Of a stretch of DNA of 31,443 nucleotides, positions 26,415 to 31,443 are shown one piece after another; within the stretch, counting starts at the first letter, position 1, and the number at the start of each line of letters is the position of its first letter. The DNA lies in contig JAENXO010000001.1 of NCBI GenBank assembly GCA_016649455.1, positions 1-31,443 of the forward strand, given 5' to 3'. Made by a program: the position numbers and the translations under genes. The DNA comes from Gemmatimonadota bacterium. GTDB taxonomy: Bacteria > Gemmatimonadota > Gemmatimonadetes > Palauibacterales > Palauibacteraceae. Under the pieces are notes generated by a model. The model had not been told where the DNA came from and made no database searches. It saw only the letters and a list, made by a program, of their open reading frames with translations.

Positions 26415-26705
26415 ATGAAAGCCGTGGGAATACGAGAATTGAAGAACCGCCTCAGCGAGTACATCCGCCTCGTACGGGCCGGCGAGACGGTCCTGGTGAC
26501 AGATCGCGGCGTGGTGGTGGCCGAGCTGCGGCCGCCCGGCACGCCGACGGCGGAAGACTCGCATCCCCTGCTGACCATGGCTGTGCGAGAAGGGCGGGCC
26601 CGGGCCGGTGCGCCAAACCGACCGGATCTGTATCCCGAGCTGGCAAAGGTCCTTCCCGAAGGCACCGCGCTTCGGTGGCTCGACGAATCCCGGGCCGACC
26701 GGTGA
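26415..26705 (+). CDS. Phd/YefM-family antitoxin
   Basis: MKAVGIRELKNRLSEYIRLVRAGETVLVTDRGVVVAEL. Confidence 0.92.
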   Translation: MKAVGIRELKNRLSEYIRLVRAGETVLVTDRGVVVAELRPPGTPTAEDSHPLLTMAVREGRARAGAPNRPDLYPELAKVLPEGTALRWLDESRADR

Positions 26706-27130
26706 TTCTCTACGCTGAATCCAGCGCCGTCCTGGCCTGGCTGCTTGCCCAGGAGCACGCCGCCGAGGTCGGCAACATCCTTGCCGAAGCCGAGCTCATC
26801 CTGTCGTCCGACCTCACGCTGCTGGAGTGTGAGCGCGTGCTGGTGCGCGGGAGCGCGACGGGCGAACTGTCAGAGGGTGAGGTGACGAATCGGCAGGTGA
26901 TCCTTCGAACCGCCGCACAGCACTGGATGCTGCTGGGATTCACACCTGCCGTCATCGAGCGCGCTCAGCGGCCCTTTCCGAACGAGCCGGTTCGCACCCT
27001 GGATGCACTGCACCTGGCGTTCGCACTCGAGGCGAAGCGGATCATACCGGAAGTCAGGCTTCTGAGCCTGGATCGACGTATTTGGGAGACGGCGCGTCAG
27101 CTGGGGCTGGAGCTCACTCCTCAACAATAG
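26702..27130 (+). CDS. vapC: PIN-domain (VapC) toxin
   Basis: True start GTG 26702 (GTGA overlap with the antitoxin stop); YAESSAV, LTLLEC, RTLDALHLA, LSLD acidic motifs. Confidence 0.88.
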   Translation: MILYAESSAVLAWLLAQEHAAEVGNILAEAELILSSDLTLLECERVLVRGSATGELSEGEVTNRQVILRTAAQHWMLLGFTPAVIERAQRPFPNEPVRTLDALHLAFALEAKRIIPEVRLLSLDRRIWETARQLGLELTPQQ

Positions 27131-27704
27131 CGCTCGAAGCCATCCACTGCCCGGCGGCCACGTCCGCCACGAGCCCGACCATGAGCTCCACTGCCTCCGT
27201 ATCCGACAGCCCGTGGTCGGTCAGGGAGCGCCAGGTGTAGAAGCCGAGGGCATGGCCGACCCCGGCACGCACCAGTCGCTGGGAGTCGCTGCTCACACCC
27301 CACCCGGCCGAAAGTCCTCCGGCTACCTCCCGCATGTATTCCCACAACGGCTTCATCACCTCAGCGAGTTCCGGCATCTCGGACTCGTCCCGCAGGATAC
27401 TCGCCAGCATCGGGGCGCCACCCCGGAAGAAGTCGTAGAGCCCCCTCAACGCCGTTTCCAGTCGGTCGCGGGGATCCCCGATGCCGGTCCATGTCGCCGG
27501 ATCGGGTAGAGGATGGTCCTCGAACCAGTGGGAGGAGCATGCGCCAAGCAACGCCCGGTCGTCGGGAAAGTGCCGATAGACGGTGAGCCGCTGGACTCCA
27601 GCCCGCTCCGCGATCGCCGTGACCGTAGTGGCCACCGGGCCGATCTCCTCGTGCAGATCGACGACGGCCTCCACGATGCGTTGCCTCGTATCGTTCACGC
27701 CCAT
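27114..27704 (-). CDS. TetR/AcrR-family transcriptional regulator
   Basis: TRQRIVEAVVDL...TTVTAIAERAGVQRLTVYRHFP HTH; likely start ATG 27704; 3' end overlaps vapC by 17 nt. Confidence 0.92.
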   Translation of the reverse strand: MGVNDTRQRIVEAVVDLHEEIGPVATTVTAIAERAGVQRLTVYRHFPDDRALLGACSSHWFEDHPLPDPATWTGIGDPRDRLETALRGLYDFFRGGAPMLASILRDESEMPELAEVMKPLWEYMREVAGGLSAGWGVSSDSQRLVRAGVGHALGFYTWRSLTDHGLSDTEAVELMVGLVADVAAGQWMASSAIVEE

Positions 27705-27707
27705 GTT

Positions 27708-27725
27708 GTGAACATATCTGTTTAC
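27708..27725. promoter_or_regulatory. TetR operator 1 (imperfect palindrome)
   Basis: GTGAACA-tatc-TGTTTAC, overlapping the predicted tetR -10 box. Confidence 0.75.
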
Positions 27726-27773
27726 TCGCACTTGACAAGTCTTGCCAGTATGGGCGACAGTGGACTTATGCTA

Positions 27774-27791
27774 GTGAACATTACTGTTCAC
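27774..27791. promoter_or_regulatory. TetR operator 2 (perfect palindrome)
   Basis: GTGAACA-ttac-TGTTCAC, immediately after a TATGCT -10-like box (27767-72). Confidence 0.8.
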
Positions 27792-27847
27792 CACCACGTC
27801 GCACCTGCGCCGTGAGTCATGCCGGAACTGTCTGACAGGAGCGAGCG

Positions 27848-28774
27848 ATGCACGGCGAGAAGATGCGCAGCAAGGCGGGGCCTGGCAGCATGCCGAGTCA
27901 CATTCCTTATCTGGTCCTGGTGCTCGTCGCGATGGTCGCGGCAGTCACCCTGCAGTCCTGTTCGCCGGGAGAGGCCTCTGAGCCGGATCCGTACCAGGGC
28001 GATTCGGCCGAACTCGGCACCGGGACCGTGAGCACGTACGTCCAGACGGATGCTGCGGGCGAGATCAAGTCGATCGGGGTGCGTCTCTCAGCGGCGGCCC
28101 TCGAGAGCTTCCCGCTCGAGCTCGATGGAACGGCTCCGTGCTTCGACGTCGATGGGGACGGCACCGAGGATCCGCATACCGAGTGCTTCATGATGCTGCG
28201 TCGGGATCTCGACCTGCCGAGTGCGACAGCGCAGGCCATGGCCCCGTTCGGGTACGTGCAGTTCAACTACAATCCGCACGGCCATCCTGCGCCGGCACCA
28301 CCCGTGTACGCGAAACCGCACTTCGACTTCCACTTCTATCTCGTCGGCCTGGACGACGTGAAGGAAATCCGAACCGGCACGTGCGGATTCTTCATCGATT
28401 GCGATGTGTACGAGACGGCGCGCATTCCTGTACCGGACAGATACATGCCGCCGGCCTACATCGAGGTGGGAGCGGCAGCCGGGGAAGAGGGCAATCACCT
28501 GCTGCTCTCCACGGCGCCCGAACTGGGTGATCCGCCCGCAGACTTCACGCAGACCTTCATCTTCGGCTCATATGACGGGCACATCATCTTCTACGAGCCG
28601 ATGATCGCCGTATCCGTGTTCATTGAAAGCCTGGACGAATGTCACGAAATCGCGCGGCCGACAGCCTGGGAAGTCGCGGGGCCGTATCCGACGCAATACT
28701 GCATGCGCTACCTGCCGGGGGAAGAGGCGTATACGGTGTCGCTGGAGTCGTTTGTCCGACGGGAGGCCAACTGA
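27848..28774 (+). CDS. DUF5602/TTHB210-like His-rich lipoprotein
   Basis: AGGAG RBS; lipobox-like LQSC; GTGTVSTYV...IGVRLS...L; NPHGHP...YAKPHFDFHFY...GNH...IFGSYDGHIIFYEPMI. Confidence 0.72.
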   Translation: MHGEKMRSKAGPGSMPSHIPYLVLVLVAMVAAVTLQSCSPGEASEPDPYQGDSAELGTGTVSTYVQTDAAGEIKSIGVRLSAAALESFPLELDGTAPCFDVDGDGTEDPHTECFMMLRRDLDLPSATAQAMAPFGYVQFNYNPHGHPAPAPPVYAKPHFDFHFYLVGLDDVKEIRTGTCGFFIDCDVYETARIPVPDRYMPPAYIEVGAAAGEEGNHLLLSTAPELGDPPADFTQTFIFGSYDGHIIFYEPMIAVSVFIESLDECHEIARPTAWEVAGPYPTQYCMRYLPGEEAYTVSLESFVRREAN

Positions 28775-28777
28775 CGA

Positions 28778-29356
28778 ATGGCGAACATACTGACGATTGT
28801 ACCGGAACAGGCCAAGGGCGTTCGGAAGCTGTTCTTCCGCTGGGTTCAGCGCCAGTACGGAGGTGTCGTGCCGGGTGTATACCAGGTGCTTGCCGTCGAT
28901 CTCAAGGTGGCTCGACCGGCCGGCGCCCTGTACAACCACCTTCATCTTCGGAAGTCGTCGTCAATCAGCAGACTGCAGCGGGAGATGCTGGCCACCGTGG
29001 TCAACGGCAAGGTGGGTGGAGCCCCCTGACTGGGTCTCCATACGGCGGCGGTTCGCCGCCTTTCCGGCGATGAGCATCTCGGCTTCGAGTTCGCGACGAA
29101 CTGGCCCGAGTATGATCTGGATGACAAGACGCGCGCGTTGCTCAGTTACGCCAGCAAACTCACGGAGTCTCCGAGCTTCGTGGGAGAAGAAGACATCGCG
29201 ACGTTGAGGGAGTGCGGCTGGAGCGAGCGCGAGGTCTGGGAGATCACCGCGCTCGCGTCCTTCTTCAACTTCAGCGGACGGATGGAAGCGGCCTCCGGTC
29301 TGCCGCCGGATGAGATTCCGGAGGATGCCGCGATTGCCGAGGCAGGGGGGAAGTAG
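28778..29356 (+). CDS. AhpD/CMD-like peroxidase-related selenoprotein (192 aa; Sec at codon 84, TGA 29027-29029)
   Basis: The two track ORFs are in the same frame; the sequence across the TGA (EMLATVVNGKVGGAP-U-LGLH) aligns without gaps to the AhpD motif ExIAxxVSxxNxCxxCxxxH; continuous AhpD-like sequence to FFNFSGR; SECIS-like hairpin follows. Confidence 0.85.
29030..29067 (+). promoter_or_regulatory. Bacterial SECIS element
   Basis: Upper stem GGCGGCG(29044-50)/CGCCGCC(29054-60) with G-initiated loop GUU, 21 nt after the UGA; lower stem CUGGG(29030-34)/UCCGG(29063-67). Confidence 0.75.
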
Positions 29357-29359
29357 ACG

Positions 29360-30511
29360 TCAGGATTTTGGGATCTCCTTCTCCGGATCGATGAACGGCT
29401 TGGGAATCACCGCGGCTCCACGCACATCTCCGTCCGCAACGGTCACCGTCAGCCGGATGCCGAGCTCAGCCATGTCTGCCGGCACCATTGCATACCCGAT
29501 GTTCTTCTCGAGCCGCGGCGAATAGATCGCTGACGTGATGAAGCCCACTTCGGATCCGTCCAGGTGAACAGGCCAGCGGGTCATGTTCAGGTCCAGCGGC
29601 TCGCCGTCGATCTCCACGCCGGCCAGCAGTCGACGGGGTCCCTCGGCCTTGATCCGTTCGAGCGCCGTCCTGCCGATGAAGTCGGCCTCTTGCTCGAGAT
29701 TCACCTGCCAGCCGAGCCCGACCTCGAATGGGTTTGTGTCCAGCGTCATGTCGATACCGTAGTTGAGGATTCCTGCTTCAATACGCCGGATGTCTGAAGG
29801 TCCGGTCGGACCGATGCCGAATTCCCGGCCCGCTTCCATCACCCTCTCCCACAGATCGACTCCGCGGCTCCCGTCGCGCAGGTACAGCTCGTAGCCAACC
29901 TCCCCGGTCCAGCCCGTCCGCGTGACGATCACTGGGATGCCGTCGATCTGCTTCTCGAGGAACCAGTAATACCTGAGATCCCTGATATCATCGCCGAACA
30001 GTCTCGCTACCACCTCCTGCGACCTGGGGCCCTGAACCTGCATTGGCGAGACATCCGGTTCGCAGATCTTCACGTCCAGGCCTGAGTTGAGCGCGACTCC
30101 CTTTGCCCAGAGAAGCACATCGCTGTCGGCCAGAGCGAGCCAGAAGTGGTTCTCGCCGAGGCGAAGCAGCACGGGGTCGTTGATGATACCGCCGTCTTCG
30201 GCCGTGATGATCACGTACTTGCCCTGCCCAACAGCGCACTTCGTCAGGTCTCTCGGGGTGAGCATGTTGGTGAACGTGAAGGCGTCCGGCCCGCTGATCT
30301 CGACCTGGCGCTCGACGCTGACGTCCCAGACTGTCACGTCGTTCAGCAGCTTCCAGTACTCGGCTTCGAGATCACCGTAGCACGTCGGCAAGAACATGTG
30401 GTTGTACACCGTGTAGCGCTGCGCCCCGTATTTCAGCGTCGCCTCGAAGAACGGCGATCTGCGCAGGCGCGCGCCGCGCTGGATGAGCCTCATGTCGAAC
30501 GTGGCGGTCAT
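29360..30511 (-). CDS. GcvT-family aminomethyltransferase, DmdA-like
   Basis: RRSPF...YTVYNHMFLP, WDVSVERQVEISGPDA, INDPVLL, EPDVSPMQVQGP, RTGWTGEVGYELY, RIEAGILNYG; AAGGAG RBS. Confidence 0.88.
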   Translation of the reverse strand: MTATFDMRLIQRGARLRRSPFFEATLKYGAQRYTVYNHMFLPTCYGDLEAEYWKLLNDVTVWDVSVERQVEISGPDAFTFTNMLTPRDLTKCAVGQGKYVIITAEDGGIINDPVLLRLGENHFWLALADSDVLLWAKGVALNSGLDVKICEPDVSPMQVQGPRSQEVVARLFGDDIRDLRYYWFLEKQIDGIPVIVTRTGWTGEVGYELYLRDGSRGVDLWERVMEAGREFGIGPTGPSDIRRIEAGILNYGIDMTLDTNPFEVGLGWQVNLEQEADFIGRTALERIKAEGPRRLLAGVEIDGEPLDLNMTRWPVHLDGSEVGFITSAIYSPRLEKNIGYAMVPADMAELGIRLTVTVADGDVRGAAVIPKPFIDPEKEIPKS

Positions 30512-31019
30512 CTGAATCTCCTTGTCGGATCTTCTCTCAAGGCCGTGAGTCGTGCCGTTCGCCCGTGCCGTGTTCGGATCGTGCGAACGGGGACGCCCGC
30601 GCGCAAGAAGAAGGTGCGGAGGGAATCTGAGCGGCGGGCCGTCTCCCCGTCAGGGCAATCCAATCTCGCGGCGCAGTTTCCGGAATCGCCGGTGGTGCCG
30701 CAGGGCGTCGAGATGTGGATACGAGTACTACGTTGGGCAGCCACTGGGCGCGCGCTTGAAACCCAGATTCGAGCATGTCCATCCGGGCGTTGGCGTCTAC
30801 ACGGTGACGGCAGAGTTCAGGTAGCAGACTACCGACAGCCGTGGAAGAGGGCGGCTCAAACGGGTGCCGCCCCACCCGCCTGTCGTGATCACTGCACCGG
30901 GGGACGACACCTCAGCACCCAGACCTTGACTCACCTCCCCGGTTCTGGTTTCCCTTGTTTACATCGAAGCCGGCCAGGAGGCGGGCGCACCCGCTTCGAA
31001 CCACACAGGGGAGACGCAA

Positions 31020-31415
31020 ATGTCAGGCATCATCCGGAAGGTCATCGAAGAGGTCTGGAACCAGAAGAACCCGGCACTCCTTGACGACATGTTCACTGAA
31101 GACTTCGTCATGCACACGCCGATCGGGAATTTCGAAGGTCCATCCGGCTACCGGCAGATCTATGACACCTACGTGAATGCCTTCTCCGACTGCCAATTTA
31201 CGATCGACGACGAGCTCTCCGCCGGGGACAGAAATGTCGTTCGCTACACGTTCTCTGGAACCCACGACGGCGAGCTGCTGGGCGTGGCGCCGACTGGCAA
31301 GCGCGTGTCGATCAGCGGCATTTCGATCTCTCGGCTGGTCGGCGGAAAGGTCGCTGAGGAGTGGCCGGTGTGGGATCAGATGGGCGTGATGCAGCAGATC
31401 GGAGCAGTTTCCTAG
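31020..31415 (+). CDS. SnoaL-like ester cyclase / NTF2-fold protein
   Basis: EEVWNQKN...AFSD...GDRNVVRYTFSGTHDGELLGVAPTGKRV...GKVAEEW...DQMGVMQQIG; GGGGAG RBS. Confidence 0.92.
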   Translation: MSGIIRKVIEEVWNQKNPALLDDMFTEDFVMHTPIGNFEGPSGYRQIYDTYVNAFSDCQFTIDDELSAGDRNVVRYTFSGTHDGELLGVAPTGKRVSISGISISRLVGGKVAEEWPVWDQMGVMQQIGAVS

Positions 31416-31443
31416 GTTGCAGCCCGCAGTCCTCGCGGTGAGC

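Noticed and set aside
26396-26701. N-terminal 102 codons of the 244-aa ORF
   Set aside because: Overlap the antitoxin in another frame; the PIN domain starts at GTG 26702.
28778-29356. Reading the AhpD-like locus as two small genes or a nonsense pseudogene
   Set aside because: The stop falls exactly on the catalytic Cys column, is TGA, is followed by a SECIS-like hairpin, and the second ORF lacks an RBS; Sec readthrough explains it better.
30512-30720. Glycine riboswitch upstream of the GcvT-family gene
   Set aside because: No GGAGA...CCGAAG...CUCUCAGG aptamer pattern on the minus strand.
30146-31084. 312-aa + strand ORF
   Set aside because: The first third is antisense to the GcvT-like gene and the rest is low-complexity; no RBS or domain.
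1-31443. CRISPR arrays, IS/transposases, integrases, rRNA or tRNA genes
   Set aside because: No regularly spaced repeats, terminal inverted repeats with transposase ORFs, or recognisable rRNA/tRNA sequences were seen by eye.

Overview
High-GC bacterial chromosomal window; the gene set (AQ-ending signal peptides, many lipoproteins, an outer-membrane beta-barrel, a hybrid two-component sensor, serine hydrolases) suggests a diderm, Gemmatimonadota-like organism (inference only). About 26 real CDS; the many other long ORFs are GC-rich shadow frames. Left to right: a 5'-truncated DUF6067/GH123-like glycosidase; a divergent ion-homeostasis locus (wHTH regulator + Ca2+/Na+ antiporter versus an archaeo-eukaryotic release-factor-like protein + CPA2 antiporter); a minus-strand signalling cluster (pseudo-receiver, cysteine hydrolase, PAS-PAS histidine kinase, receiver-glutaredoxin-like-TrxR-like fusion lacking CxxC); a Bacteroidota-type hybrid two-component regulator; a block of exported amide/ester hydrolases containing a ~180-nt structured intergenic RNA candidate (6S-like topology) and a frameshifted two-repeat secreted protein; an OM beta-barrel; a Phd/VapC toxin-antitoxin pair; a TetR-controlled two-gene operon; a DmdA-like GcvT-family methyltransferase; and a SnoaL-like protein. 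The strongest finding is that the two short ORFs 28778-29029 and 29138-29356 are one AhpD-like gene whose in-frame TGA sits at the catalytic Cys position and is followed by a SECIS-like hairpin. It is a predicted selenoprotein with an unusual GxxU site (no resolving Cys), co-transcribed with a His/Cys-rich DUF5602-like lipoprotein under a divergent TetR with two visible 18-bp operators. No rRNA, tRNA, CRISPR array or transposase was recognised. All family assignments are from motif recognition by eye, not database searches.
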